DNA of 64,000 bases, taken from NCBI RefSeq assembly GCF_009914755.1, contig NC_060938.1, one strand, 5' to 3'. Numbering within the stretch: the first letter of the stretch is position 1; each line of letters starts with the position of its first letter. This document shows positions 32,901 through 50,630 of this stretch, one piece after another. The notes below the pieces were generated by a model. It was given only the letters and a program-made list of their open reading frames with translations. It did no database searches and was not told the origin of the DNA. Both the position numbers and the translations under genes were made by a program. The DNA comes from the human T2T-CHM13v2.0 reference genome, Homo sapiens.

Positions 32901-34514
32901 ATGCACACACACACACACCCCATATAAAATATATATATATATATATAAAACAATAGGTAAAAAATTATAATCTCAATGTTAAATAAGTACTTCCAACTGG
33001 TTTGGAAACACTTATTTTAACTAATATTAAATAATATAATACATGTGAAAAGGGTTCTATATGCACTGCTAGAATTGATTTCTTATTTTTTTACCCATGT
33101 CTAAGATTTAGGTAAGCATGAGAATGCCAGCTAATTCATTATTCCACAGGTATATAAACATGCTGAAAATCCCTTTCGTATTTTTCTTCCAACTGGATGT
33201 GTGGAGATTTTGGTTGAAACTATTCAAGCATACCTACGGTTCACGATTGTATTTTAACTCTATATATATATAGAGAGAGAGTTATATATATATATATAGT
33301 TATATAGGCATATTTTGATTGAGAAAAGAAAAGCCAAGACCTAGAAAAAACTCTTGTTGTTCAGTGTTATCTAAAAATAATGGTGGATAAGATGCCAGAG
33401 TGAAATAAAAATTTGGAGTCAGAGGAAGAAAAGAAAAGAAGAAAAACACTGAATATGGAAGATGAAGGGGCATTAAAAAACATGCTTTGGATGGTTCAAA
33501 TATTTTGGCTAGGTTTGTTCTCAGTAGCAGTAAATTATAAAAGGTCAGCAACCTTTTATAACCCCAGGAATAATTCTTATAAGTGAGGAAATTCAAAATA
33601 TATGAAAAGATATAAAAATGGCTCTTTTTTTTTTTAAAAGAAGACCACAATGGAAGCACACATACAAGAGCAAAGGGTTCTCAAGTGTTTTTGACTTTAA
33701 ACTTGAACCTGTTTCTAAATATAGTCAGTTACAAACCAGGTTTCAGCCCTTCCCCCTTATTTTGCCTTCTTTCTTATCTTTTGCCTCTCTGCTTTTTTTT
33801 TTTTTTTGAAACCATTCCAGAAAATGCAAACTGAGAGAACCTTTTTCACCCTACCCCATCTCACTTATTTAGGAAGATGGCCTTCTACAAGGTTTCTACA
33901 CTTACAATCACTTTTCCAGAACTTGGTAGTTTCTGGAATTTTTGTTGTTAAAATTCAAAGAAAAAAATATGAAATATATATGTGAAATGTGTATACTACA
34001 TATATGTATATTTGATATATATTTGAAATCCATATATATCTCAATCCAGCCATATATTTTCACATACACAGAACATACATACACCTGGATTTAATGACAC
34101 TGCTTTTAAAACCATAGACAGGAATCTCTACAAAACTTAAGTATCATTAAGCTGTGTATAGAGGACCTTTTAATGAGACAGGTATTCTACTTGCTTCTTG
34201 AGGCTCCAAGTTTTCCTTCTTCAGGACAGATCAATGATGACATAGTTAATTGACACTGTTTAATAAACACAACAGGAAGGAACAAGCCTCAGGCTTGACC
34301 CACTACAGGACAGCAAGAACAGCCCTTCAACCTGGGCTGTGGATGTTGCAAAGGGAGGAAGGTGCCTGCCAGTGATGAACTGGGAGGCTCCAGGTAAGGA
34401 AGCGGATTTGCAACAGGACTGTCTTCCAGGCATGCTTTACTTGTTGAGTATAAAAACTATGCTTCATCTTCACATTTCTTTTCTGGCACCTACTGAATGC
34501 TCGAGAAATGTTGA

Positions 34515-35350
34515 TCAAATAATTTTTTATTTTTTAAGCAATGTCAAACTTACAGGAAAGTTGAAAGAACGGCACAAAATAATTCTGTTCACCCAGATTC
34601 CTCGATTGTTAACAATTTACATTTGACCCATTGATCAACCTCTTACCTCTTTCCATATCTCTCACCTCTTTCTATCTCTCTCTCTCTCTTTTTCTGTTTA
34701 TCTATTTATCTGTAGATATATATTACAAATATAATACCCATCACCTCTAACTGCTTTTGTGTCTTTTACTCAAAAGAAGGACACCCTTTTATATGATCAC
34801 AATATAGCCACCCAGTTCAGCAAATCAACATTGTTACAACACTCAACATTATCATTAATATGGAGAACCCCATTAAATTTTGCCAACAGTAAAAACAATG
34901 ACACTATTTTTCTTTCTCATCCAGGATCTGAACCACAGTATCACACTGAATTTAATCGTGATATCTCCTTAAATTGAATGGTTCTGTAGTCTTTTCTCTA
35001 CCTTTTATTACTTTGGCAGTTTAAGAGAGTGTAGGCCTTTCCTTCTATCTGCTGTCCCTCAACACGCACCCATTCAGGACTTCCTCATGCTTCCCAGGCT
35101 ATTTATGTTTGGCAGAAAGACCACCAAATATGCACTGCTCTTTTCTGTACATCACGTCAGGAAGCACAGAATGTTAACTGCCCATTTCTTCTGATGTTTA
35201 CTCTGATCAAGTGGGTGTCATAAGGTTTCTCCATATTTAGTCACCATCTTTTTCCTGAATAATGGGTGAGTATTTTGTGGGACAAAGCTCTACCATTATT
35301 CCTCGTTCCTTATCAAACCTTCACCTCCTAATCTTAATATCCATTCTTGA
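34515..35350 (-). mobile_element. L1MC/L1ME-like 3' end remnant
   Basis: 'caaacttacaggaaagttgaaagaa..ttcacccagattcc..attgttaacaattt', 'aggtttctcca'. Confidence 0.6.
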
Positions 35351-35854
35351 CTCCCACCTGGAACAAATTGTTGAATGAAATTTCAGAGAGAATGTCAGAT
35401 TGAACTGAAAATGAAACAGTCCTTTCTCATGTGTTTGTTTTTCTGCTTTGGGTTGTATCCACCATGGGTAGAGAGACGTTAGTAAAGAGAAACCTATGAT
35501 TGTTGTCAGTAACAGTATGTAAATAGAACAACGCGAATTGATTAAACCTGCAAAGTAGTTCTATAGTTCAACTTCAGAGGAAGATTATTCTTTGCTTAAG
35601 GATGGCTCTGTCTGTTGTTAGTGAGTGTGCTGGAGAAGATAAAAAGTATCTTTCTAATATTTCGGGGTTTTGAAGTGGTACATATGCTGCCTTTCATGTG
35701 AGCATGCTAGTAACTCATAATCACTAGTCTATGCACTCTCTGCTGCATTGTGTGTTTTTATTTCCCAGTTCTGTAATGTTATACCTCAAGCCAGCATTCA
35801 CTTTTCCTTTACATTTCTCTGTTTAACAAGTATTTGTTGAAAACCTAGTAAGTG

Positions 35855-36580
35855 AATGTACACACAAAAATCCTAGAAAACTGTTAGCAAACTGAATCCA
35901 GCAATATGCAAGATAATATACATCATGTGTAAATGGGATTTATCCAAGTTATGCAAGATTTGTTTGACATGCAAAATCAGTTGATAATGTAGTATACCCT
36001 GATAGTAGAATAAAAGGCAAAAACCACATGGGTATCTCAACAGTCCCAGGAAAAAGCATATGAAAAAAATCCAAGTCTCATTTATTAAAACAACAACAGC
36101 CTTCGATGCACAAATAGATGGGAACTTCTTCAACCTAATAACAGGTATCTACATAAACCTACGGATAATATCATAGTGTATTTTCTGGTGAAAAATAAAT
36201 ACTTTCCTTCTCTGACTAGGAGCAAGGTAAGGATGTCCATGCTTACTAATTCTATTAAATATTGGACTGAGGATTCTGACCAGTGATGTCAGGCAAGTAC
36301 AAGAAGTAAAAGCATCCACTGAAAAGACAGAAATGAAACTGTTTATATTCACAGGTGACATGATCTTGTAATGCACAAAATCCTAAGACATCCACAACAA
36401 ACTATAAGAACCAATAAGCAAGTTCAGCAAGGACACAGAGTAAAAGATCAATATACAATATATTGGAATCTGAACAGATGAAAAAAATCTTAATTAAAAA
36501 AGTCAGATGAGCAACAATTGGAGGAAAAAGACAAAAAGAGCCACAGAAGGAAAAACAATGGCAGCAATACTTAGGAAAGA
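35855..36580 (+). mobile_element. Old L1M ORF2 (RT region) fragment
   Basis: 'ttagcaaactgaatccagcaata', 'gggatttatccaagttatgcaag', 'tattcacaggtgacatgatc' (degenerate FADD region). Confidence 0.75.
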
Positions 36581-37619
36581 GTGCTCTCTGGTCCACAGTG
36601 CAACCTGAATAATATTAAAGGTAAGATGGCAGTTTCACTTTTGTTTATATTTTGGTTTTGGATTTTTTCTTTTTTTGAGGAAAAAGCTTGGAAAGTTGTT
36701 CAGACCCTCTTTCTTCCAATTATTAATAGAAGAGCCAGATAGGCATTCCTGCACCTCATTTTTAATTAATATCACTATAAAAACACAACAGGCTCCAATG
36801 TGGTAAAGTTAAATGTCAAGTGAAATAATATAATGTTTGTTTATGAGTATTTATATATCTTACTAAGTAAACAAAAAAACATTTTATTTCTTCAGTAAAT
36901 TTTCCTATTTCAGAGTACAATCCTCTGCTATTTCTCTGGGGTCTGGCAATGAGTCTAGCTCATTTCATAATCAATGACCCTGGGGAATAAGAGTGAGAAA
37001 AGAAGGAAAGGGAGCAATAACAGATTAAATATTTTTAAGCTGTAATGCTCCATTGTAAACAGTGGCTTTGCCATTGCCTCACCTTTTACCTAACAAGCTA
37101 TGGAGCTGGGGCAAGAGGACACGCGGGGATGCAGCAGGCAGAGCTGAATGTGCTTTAAGTGGGGGATCTAAACAATAACAGCTTCTTCTCCCAAATAATG
37201 GTACATCGTACGCAAAATAATTAAACCTTCATATTAAGGCAGAAGGATAAACACAGTAAGGGGAAGTGTATTCTGGAAACTTTCTTGTTTTCTTTTTTTA
37301 GAAAGGTTAACAGTGAAAATAAATGCTGTTAATGCATAAGGTTATTTTAGTCTTTTGCTATTACACTTGTCAGTAATTTAGCAAACTTGTTCTTATTGTG
37401 ACACTATGACTTGGAGCAACTTTCTAGTGATAGAAATGGCTTCCCACGTACTGGCCAGAGTACAAATAATCAAGGGAAAAACTACTTTCTGCTTCCCAGT
37501 TCCTGAGTCATGGGAGTTGAATTTGCAATAGTGGGTAACAAGTCTTCATATCAACTCATTTTTCTTACCTAGATTAGTGATATCCTAGGAACAATGAAGT
37601 ATCCGTGGTTTTCCTAAAG

Positions 37620-38260
37620 AAGTTGTGTATTGATGCAGTAGGCGTCTGAGAATGATGAGGCATCCAGAAACAGTGAAAAACAAAGCCAAACAACACAACA
37701 ATACTGAGTTATTTTTAGGTAAAGGTAATTACAGAATATCATATTTGAGAGAGTATGAAATAACTGTAAGGATGAGTAGCTTCTAGTCTGGACCTCCAGA
37801 AAAGACTATGAGGACACAATATAGCTGACACCCTGGGGAGACACTGCTGCTGCAGTGTCTAGAAGTTGTGGAAATAGGAGGCTGCCACTAGCCCAGATTT
37901 GATGTAGGGACTAGAAACAAGATTGGGAAGATGCTGTTAGGTGCTGTTGCCACACTATCTCTAGACCTTCTAGGTCAACTCCACCACCTTTTACAACTGT
38001 CATTCAGTGCTCATAAGTGATAATGGCAGAAACACCATGTCTCCATAACTTTGCTTGCCAGATGAAAATGCTGAAAGCAGCAGGAAGATGACCCTGTCTC
38101 TTACTAAACTTTCTACAACTTTCATCAGTGTACCTAAGTTACAGGTCCTAGTTCATATACAGAACTGTAGTTGCAAGGGAGATTACGAAAAGCATATTTC
38201 ACAAAGGCCTATTAGGAAGATACAGGAATTTGTTCTAAGTACCAGTTGACAATATCTGCC
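37620..38260 (-). mobile_element. Possible old ERVL LTR (LTR33-like)
   Basis: 'aactgtagttgcaagggaga', 'ttgcttgccag..gcagcagga'; weak. Confidence 0.35.
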
Positions 38261-38384
38261 ACTGAAACTTTGAGAGTAAATTGCAAATCTCAAGAAAGGG
38301 ACAAGGCAAAGGATCAGATATTTGTCCAGAGAAGGACTGATGTCTTTGTGAAGCCCATAAGGAGAATGATATTTACTATATATA

Positions 38385-38490
38385 TTTTATTTGAGACAAG
38401 CTCTCGTTTTGTTGCCCAGGCTGGAGTGCAGTGGTGCAATCATAGCTCACTGCAGTCTTGAAGTCCTGAGCTCATGCAGTCCTCCTGTCT
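38385..38490 (-). mobile_element. FLAM/AluJ fragment
   Basis: 'gttgcccaggctggagtgcagtggtgcaatcatagctcactgcagtcttgaa'. Confidence 0.85.
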
Positions 38491-38718
38491 TCTATACATT
38501 TTTAATATGTTTCTATGTATTGTAATTTCCTTTTTTAATCCCACCTTTAGGAAAAACTTTTGCATTTCTCTGGTGTTGTTTCTTTGAACAAATAGACACA
38601 GTTAGTAAGGGGAAGCTAGCTAGCATTTCTCACATGTCCCCTTACCCAATGTGACACCATGTAGGTAGTACTATTACATTTCTGTGATCTTGGTTAGTGT
38701 GAATCAGTCTTGGAAATC

Positions 38719-39094
38719 TGTATCACTCAGTTTTCACACTGCTACAAAGACATACCTGAGACAGGGTAATTTATGAATAAAAGAGATTTAATTGACTCAC
38801 AATTCCACAGACCTGGGGAGGCCTCAGGAAACTTACAATCATGGCAGAAGGGGGAGAGGCATGTCTTACATGGTGGCAGGCAAGAGACAGACGAGTGTGT
38901 GGAGTGAAGGAGGAAGAGCCCCTTATAAAACCATCAGATCTTGTAAGAACTCACTCACTATCACAAGAACAGCAAGGAGAAAAATGATCCCATTATCCAA
39001 TCACCTCCCATTGTTTTCCTCCCTTGACATGTGAGGTTTATGAGGATTACATTTTAGGATGAGATTTGGCTGGGGACACAGCTAAACCATATCA
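38719..39094 (-). mobile_element. THE1D/MSTA-type solo LTR with 5-bp TSD
   Basis: TG...CA ends ('tgtatcactc'...'aaaccatatca'); TSD 'aaatc' at 38714-38718 and 39095-39099. Confidence 0.9.
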
Positions 39095-39579
39095 AAATCT
39101 GATCTCATCTTAAAGTAAAAATTTTAAACCACTCAAGTAAAGGACAGTATGAAAGTTCATGGTGGATTGGCCAAATAAAGGCCCATCTCTGAGAACACTA
39201 CTGTGAACTGAGCTGCCAAGCACAAGCTTTGAGAAATCAAAGTCTGCCTGGAAAAGTCAAGAAGAACTCCACAGTAGGGCTTAATTTTGAGCTGAGTCTT
39301 TAATAGGATTTTTTAGTTGTTTCAGAATTTCAGCTGAGCCCTCAAAGCTAAAATGGTATGAAGAACATACATATTCAAAAGAAAGGTGTTAGATAAATTA
39401 TGATGAACTTACTAAGGCTGACCCCCTAAAAAAACCTTCCAACCCATCTAAGTCTATCACTGTTCTTCTGGGTATATAAGAGAAAAGGAGTTTGGCAGGA
39501 AGAGCAACTGGGGAGACAGTTTCTTTTGAAAGTTTTCTGTGTACTAGCAGGTCTTCCCCATATGGGACCAGACATGGAG

Positions 39580-39860
39580 TTGAAACACAGATGTCCCTTT
39601 AAGAAATATTTTTTCCTTCAGCTGCTATGAGTGTGGTTAGCTGTGAGTCACAAATGGAACCACCTTTGGAATATACCACATTAGAACCAAGAATATGCTC
39701 TCGCAGGGCAGCTCCTAGAAATGACTGAGCATGCCCATGGTACTAGGGCCTGATCATTTCTGCCCAACTGCTGACTGCTATAATGTGCAGCCTTGCTTCC
39801 TTTCTCCCCACTGGGTTGGCCAAAGTTTCATGTTACCGTTCATTGAAGTTCCTCCACTCT
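39580..39860 (+). mobile_element. LTR16-like fragment
   Basis: 'cagatgtccctttaagaa', 'aatgactgagcat..ggtactagggcctg..catttctgcccaa'. Confidence 0.5.
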
Positions 39861-39976
39861 TATCTTTGCCACAATGTCTCTGTCTCAGGGGCTGAACTGT
39901 CACACCACAGAAGGCATATTTCCTCTAGATTTTTGAAGAGGGTATTGAAAGTGAGAAGGCCATTCTGCATGCAAGG

Positions 39977-40324
39977 TGTCTAAGTCCATTTGGGTTGCTA
40001 TAAAAAATACCATAGACTATTTGGCTTATAAACAACAGAAATGTATTTCTGCCAGTTCTGGAGACTGGGAAGTCCAAGATGAAGGCATCAGTATATTCTG
40101 TGTCTGATGAGGGCCCTCATAGATAGCCATCTTCTCACTCTAACCTCACTTGGAGTCAGAAGAGCCAAATGGTCTCTCTTTTAGAAAGGCACTACTCCCA
40201 TTCATGAGGCTCTGCCTCCATGGCCTAATCTCCTACCAAAAGTCCTATTTCCTAGTACAATTATCTTAGGGTAAGAATTTCAATGTATAGATTTTGAGGG
40301 GATTTAAATATTCAGATAATAGCA
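39977..40324 (-). mobile_element. MLT1A0-like solo LTR
   Basis: 'tgtctaagtccatttgggttgctataaaaaataccatagact...attcagataatagca'. Confidence 0.8.
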
Positions 40325-41484
40325 CTTAGTAAGTAGAAACGGTTTTATGAGGAACGTGGTATAATTCCACTGCCCAAAAGGAAACCCTGTGAATCTCCTC
40401 TTGAGATTCAAGGGTGTCCATCGAGGTCTCCCAGGCTTGTCCTGTCTTACAGAATAACTTGGTCCAGAGAGCTTGCTGCCAGAAGCCAGGGAGCTTCAGA
40501 ATAAAGATGCTGGAAGTGTGTACCTTTAGATGCAGAAGCTCAGTAGGAAGATAATCATAAATGGTCTATCAGAGATTGCTTGACTCATTACAGGGAAAAA
40601 TACTTAGAAGATCCCAAACATAATATCACATGAGGAACCTTTAAGTATTCCAATAAGAAAAAAATGAAGCACTTGGGCTTCTTATATCCAGAGGATATCT
40701 TCTGAAGAATATAACTGCTTTATGATGGAAAAAGTAAAATCCTTTTCAGCTGCTTACTAAACCTCCCTACCCCCACTCCAACACTGGAGAAAAATTAGGC
40801 AGCCAATGCAGTAAGCAGGAAGGAAGGAGATAGGAATAAGCTGAAGAAATATCTTAGGAAATATCTCTTTTCTACCCCCACAGCAGGTTTCTGAGCCTTT
40901 TTCTGAACCATCTGTTGGGGAAGAATTTTTAATTGCATGAAAGACTGATGCTTGTGTTATTAGATTGAACTGGCCTTTTTAATACCTGACAGTGACCAGA
41001 AAAGCAATGTAATCTTTCTGAGAATTAAACAAAGGGCAGAGAAGAATGATTCAATAGAGCAGGTTTTAAAAGTCAACTTTAAGTTGAATAAATACATATG
41101 GTTTTTTGATGTTCAGCTAATAAGATGAATGTGTATGGGTATGAGAAATTCATTAAAAATAGTAGATAAATAAAATAAATGAGGAATATTCAAACCACTA
41201 TGATGAAACCACAGCTCACATTTATGTCAATTTCTCCTTCATTCATATTCTATAAGCTTGTAATTTTACTGTACGCCCAGTGTTGTATCCTATTTTTTAA
41301 CCTAAAATTTTATAAGAAATTCCTATGCAATTATATCACATTTACAATTGTTTTTAATAGTGGATAGGTCATTATAGCACCCTCAGTAAATGTGCTGTAT
41401 CTTAGGAATCATATTTCTACTTTGGAATATTTAAATTACTTTTTATTTTTCCAAAATATTACCATAGAAACATAATTTTATTTT

Positions 41485-41625
41485 TATTTGTATTATTATT
41501 TAATAGAGACAGAGGTCTTTTTATGTTGCCCAGGCTGATCTCAAACTCTTGGGTACAAGCAATTTGTTCTTCCTGCCCCAGCCTCTCAGAGTTCTGAGAC
41601 TCCAAGAGCCACCATGCATGGCCCA
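41485..41625 (-). mobile_element. FLAM_C / AluJ monomer
   Basis: 'tatgttgcccaggctgatctcaaactcttggg...gagcccaccatgcatggcc'. Confidence 0.8.
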
Positions 41626-41914
41626 CAAACATTTTTAGTTAGAACTTTTAATAAACATATTTTAAATTATTTATTTGACTATATTGCCAGAATATTTCTT
41701 AAATTCTTAACACAAACATGAAAATTTCTCTAGGACTTTCCATACAGATTGTATCAACTCACACTATCATAATTTCTGTGTGTATGTGTCCATATTGCCA
41801 TATCCTTGATGACATTACACTCTTGAGAAATTCTGAAGGTCTAGTTAGGTTTCACTCTGAGAAAAAATGAGAAAGATGTCTCTTAATTTGTAATCAAATC
41901 TTGGATAAGCTTAT

Positions 41915-42247
41915 TGCTATAGACTAAATGTGCCTGTCTTTCCAAAATTCATATGTTGAAACCCAATCTCCAATTTGATGGTATTAGGAGTTGGAGTCTC
42001 TGAGAGGTGATTAGGTTATGAGAGCGAAGCTTCATGAACAGGATTAGTGCCCTAAGAAGAGAGGCCACTCATTCCTTTCACCTGGTGAGATTATGAACCA
42101 GAAAGCCGGTCCTAACCAGACAGGGAATCTGCCAGCACCTTGATGTTGAACTTTCCAGCCTCCAGAATTATGGGAAATAAATGTTATGTTGATTTTATGA
42201 TATTCCACCTATCATAATTTGTTTCAGCAGCCAAAGAGCCTTAGGCA
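41915..42247 (+). mobile_element. MLT1A-like solo LTR
   Basis: 'tgctatagactaaatgtg..aaattcatatgttgaaa...ggaatctgccagcaccttgat...cagcagcc'. Confidence 0.8.
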
Positions 42248-43449
42248 CTAAGATATAGAAAAAATGTAGGTTTTCTGCCATTTAAAGATCCATGAACCAT
42301 CTATATGGTGGTATCCATTGCAATTTTCACTTTTCAAAGAACTCATTTTCTGATCTTGGCCTAAATAATATCTACTTTATACTGGGATTCATATAATAGA
42401 TAACTGATATGTACCGTAAGGTCTCAGACTTCTCAGAGTATCTTTGGTTATCTTTAGCAAAACAAAGTTATTTTTCATTGAATAGGAATGAAATGAAGTA
42501 ATACTGCTCTCATACAGCTTTACCATTTGAAGAATTGTGCCAAAGCTTTAAGTTAAACATGAAGCACCTGTAAGTATCAGGATGACTCTGGACTAACATT
42601 GTTTTCCCATCTCTTTCAAATGAGTTGCTGTTCCTCTAAATGTACTCATTAAAACATTTTACAGGAATGTGTAAAACCCGTTCCAGTTTTAGGGTATCTA
42701 ATTTGGTGGTTAAAAAATTAGAATATGCATTGCACTTCTCTCTGTAAGCAATACACCCTGCAAATCAAAATGAACGCTTTCTAATTTCAACTTGAGATTG
42801 AAGAAACTGAAAAAGGAAAATAGACCAAAACAAAAACCCATATAAAACAAAATGGAGGAATCTTATTACGTTCTTTTATTAAATTGTGTACTTAGAAATT
42901 TTATTTTTCCAGCATCAATTTAACAAATGTGGGTTTCTTGCCATGAATTTAGCTCTCTCTTACCTCCTCAAGCTTTAAGAATAGACATTAAAGTGCACGA
43001 TAAGGGCTTCAAGCTGTAATTTCCATTGAGGTTCTTGAAGTCATAAATTGCAAGTGGGAAACTAAAGATGAAATTACAACCTTTCTAATATCCCAACCAG
43101 GTATGTTTTATTTTTATACAATGAAGATTTCCACCAAGTCCACCAACATCAAATTTACACACAATTGCCGTTAAAAATAACTCTTCTAGCTTTGTATAAG
43201 GAAAAAGGCAAGAACAACTGCTGAGTTTAAAACTATTACCATTTTGAAGAACATTGCTTTAGGCACTGTTTTTAAATATTAAAATAAAAAGTAACAGATT
43301 AAAGAAACAGTTTTTCACTTTACCACACATGAGATGGTCTAAGTAGAAGCCTCTTAATTCATTTTGCTTCTTGAGACTCTTTTGTTAATTCCAGTGTAAG
43401 ATGAAATGGAAAAAAAAGAAAATATGAATGGTTTCAAAGTTTATTTCTT

Positions 43450-46919
<3,470 letters not shown>

Positions 46920-47369
46920 TCATTTCTTAAAGAAACTTCTTTAAACATTTTATTTTAGGCCTAATATATTATCTACTTCTTAAGGTCATGATTCTTTTAA
47001 AATCATGATTGCAGAAAGCCTTTTAAAACACAATATGAATATACTATCAGCCAAGATTTTAGGTTTTATATAATATCCAAACAAGTGTTCTCCAAAACCA
47101 GACTACAAAAGGGAGGTTGAAGGTAAAGATACTTCAATCACTCAAGAAGAAATTATAATTACATGTTGGGGACACGTAAGAACAAAGGACACATCATTTT
47201 AAAAAATGGAGGCGAACAGGACACTAAGCAACAGCCATTTTCAGGGGACTGGATAGGTGGAGACAGACCCAAAAATAATCATTCTGAAATAGAGCATAAT
47301 ACATGGTATAGAGAAGAAACATACAAAGTTTTCGGTGGATTCATAGGCATTCTCCTAATAAAAACTAAA

Positions 47370-47860
47370 ACATGAATTCACACAAAGAGACATTGTTTAT
47401 ATTCCCCAAAAAAGTGGAAACAACCAAAATATCCATCAGTCAGTGAATGGACAAGAACAATGTGATATATCCATACAATGGAGTTCAGTAATAAAAAGAA
47501 TAGAATATTGACCGATACCTGCTTCTATGTGGATAAACATCAAAAACTTTATATAACTGAAGAAATTCAGTCATAAAATTCCATATATTATGTAAATCAA
47601 TTTATGTAAAACATCCAGAAAAAGCGAATCTTTAGAGAAATAAAATTGGTGGTTACCTAACGCCTAGTGGCAGGGAGGACTGGAGTAGGGGCTATGTATG
47701 TATATAGATATATATATTTTTTGGGGGGGGAGTGGCAGAAATGTTCTTAAATTGAACTGCGATATTGCTTGTGCAGCTCTTTGAAGTCACTAAAAATTAA
47801 ATTGAACCTTTAACTAGTCAATATTATGATACATAGGTTAAAATCAATAAAATGGAAATA
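47370..47860 (+). mobile_element. L1ME-like 3' end
   Basis: 'aagtggaaacaaccaaaatatccatcag..tgtgatatatccatacaatggag', 'ttggtggttacct'. Confidence 0.7.
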
Positions 47861-48314
47861 AATTTGGTAAGAGTTCAAAAGAAAGAAAGATTGGTTGTAG
47901 TTACAGCAAGTACCCATGGAAGAGAAAGTATCACAGAGATATTTCAAAGCATAGGTATGATTTTATGTGTTGATCATATTTGTGTTTTTACAAATGAACT
48001 AAATGTGGCATAAGTAAAAGTCATACTCAAATTTGAATTAAACATCAATATAATAAGAAAAATAAATATCTAATTATAAGAAGTAAAACAAATACAAAGT
48101 TGAAAAGTAAGTGTCAGTTACAAAGTTTTGCCTTGTGTATCGGAACCCTCAGCACAACATGAGAAAACCACAGGTTATGTGATGCTCACTGTCTGGGAAG
48201 AGCAGGACTTAGTTATGCGACATTCAGAGTTATACAGATTGGAAGGGTGCTGTGTGCGGACATTCAAGCAAGAGCAGAAAAACTAGAATTTATGAATATG
48301 AGCAGGTCAGCCAG

Positions 48315-48510
48315 AGTTTACTGAGCTCATTATGATGTTCTATCCCCCTGCTAAATGCTTTCTATGCCTTATCTCATTTAATCCCCATAACACCCCTATA
48401 AGTAGTTATCACATGAACAGTATTTATTATACAAATGAAGCAACTGACATGACACCTGTTTATGCAGCCCCCAAATTCACAAACTAGGTATGTGTGAAAG
48501 TTGAGACTTC
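48315..48510 (-). mobile_element. MIR
   Basis: 'ctaaatgctttctatgccttatctcatttaatccccataacacccctataagtag...tacaaatgaagcaactga'. Confidence 0.75.
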
Positions 48511-48854
48511 AACAGGCAAACACTTCAATGCTCATAGAAACACTCATAGCAAATTGGTTTAGCTGCTTCTTTTGGATTTTAATCCAGACACTCTGAAGCT
48601 CAGAATTATAATTTGATTTTTGTCAAAGGTTTAATTAGCAGTAGTCCTGCCCTTTGTATGCCACATTTAAATAGTGCTACTAGAGTTCCTTAAGGGCAGT
48701 CATTTTTATTAGGATTATTTGTCTTGACCCCCAAATCAAGACAGTAATCTGTCCTTTTCTGGTGCAGAAACATTATAAAAGATGCTATTAGAATTTCTGT
48801 ATGTGTGTGTGTTTCTTAAACTTTGTGAAGACCAATATTTTAAGACAGGAATAA

Positions 48855-50630
48855 AATATGACAGATTCAACACAGCTGCTTATCTTGGCTCCTCTAAGAA
48901 ACTCCCCTAAATGGCAAAAAGTAAATTAATTTTTAAATACATAAACATATAAACCAAAAGAGAATAAAAAATGTGACAACAGCAAATGAGAGACATCAAC
49001 AATTTTGTGAGGATGGAAATCAGATGTAAGAATGCTCTATGACTTAATAGAGAAGAAGAAATTGAAATCAAAGTTCGTGCAGAAGCATATTGCTTCTTCC
49101 TGAAAAATCATGGAAAGGCTGTAAATTTGGAGGACTCAGAACAGTAAATGTAAAAGTGATTCACAGCCCTGAAAACATGGGAATGAGTTCAAAGCTGTGT
49201 AAAGACTTATCCCTCAACTCTCCCCACCACACAAAGACTCTTGAAGCTAGGTGGCCACATCTTGCCCCAACTTTGCAGGATTCCAGAAGTTTTTTTTTTT
49301 TTTTTTTTTTTTTTTATAGAGAAATAAAACCTGGAGGAATGGGAACTTGGAAATAGCTGGCACAACAAAGCAGAGGTTAGACCAGAAAGAAAGGGGAATT
49401 GAATTTTTCAGTAGGCTGAATGATGAGCTACTCCAAACAATGTTTGCTCTCAGTCAGATACTTACAGGCAGATGACTGAAGAACTTTTTTCTGGAAAAAT
49501 GGAAAGCGCCACCCCCACCCCCCCAAAAAAAGAATGAAAATTTAAAAAAAGTTTGGCATTTGCCAAACTTGTGGGAGATTTGCAAAGAATGCAATTGATA
49601 AGTGTATTACCTTGCAAGGAAGTGAAAATGCTTTCACACAAATATCAAACCACCTTTTAGTGAATCTCTCTTAAATATAATGGATAGCTAAAAATCATTA
49701 GTCAATTGAAGAAAGCCTGCAAAATGACAGAGATGCAAATAGAAAAAAAAATCAGAAACAACAGAGAAAGTAGAAGAAAGCTTTATAAAAATATATGATC
49801 AATGCCCTTAAAAACAGTACTATTCAAATAACTCAGCCCTGTGTGGTGGCTCAGGCCTGTAATCCCAGAACTTTGGGAGGCTGAGGTAGGGCTGCAGAAG
49901 GATCACTTGAGCCCAGAGCCAGACCCTGTCTCAAAAATAAATGAATAAACAAAAAAAATTCTTTTTGTGGTCTTTATGAATGAATTGTATCCTTACTAGT
50001 GAAAAAAGTTCTCCATAAATAAACTAATACAAAAGGCAGGCACAATAGAAGACAAGTTTGATAATTGAAGGCTCCATGAAGAAAGTCCAGTGTTTCACTA
50101 ATCGGAACATATTTTAATGCGTCATACAAGTAATTTCCAAGAACTGAATTACACAAGTCTCTAATTTGTAAAGATCCACGAAGTTACCAAGTTTCTAACA
50201 CAATGAAGAAAGAAGCTTCCTCGTAGAGGTATTATATTGTGAAATGTGAGGATATGAATACTCCTTTTTAAATTGATACTAGCAGCTTCAAGTGTGGGAA
50301 AGGATTAGGAATAAGTCTCATAAAAAGTAACACATTTAAGAACGGCATCCAATTACTCAAGAAAAAGACTGGAAGCCAGAAGGTAGTAATTGAATTCCTT
50401 TAAAATTCAGTGGGGAGATAATATACCTGGCTAACCTGTGAATAAATTATGTTAACATCAAAACATTTTCAGACATAAAGCATCTTTTAAAGTTTTACTC
50501 CAATGTGTCCTTTCTTAGAAAGTTTCTGGAGGTTCTGATTCTGCAAAGTGAAATCACACTAAGAAACGAGAAGAGAAATTATCCAGGGAACAACATCCAA
50601 CACAGGAGATTGCTGATTGAGAACAACCAG
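48855..50630 (+). mobile_element. HAL1-like (half-L1) remnant
   Basis: A-rich ORF1-like remnant 'ctggaagccagaagg..cctttaaaattc..acattttcagacat..cctttcttagaaagtttctggagg'. Confidence 0.5.
49835..49960 (+). mobile_element. Deleted FLAM/Alu monomer
   Basis: 'gtggtggctcaggcctgtaatcccagaactttgggaggctgagg...gaccctgtctcaaaaa'. Confidence 0.8.

Noticed and set aside
33255-33305. Hairpin-like (TA)n(GA)n(TA)n
   Set aside because: Self-complementarity is inherent to TA microsatellites.
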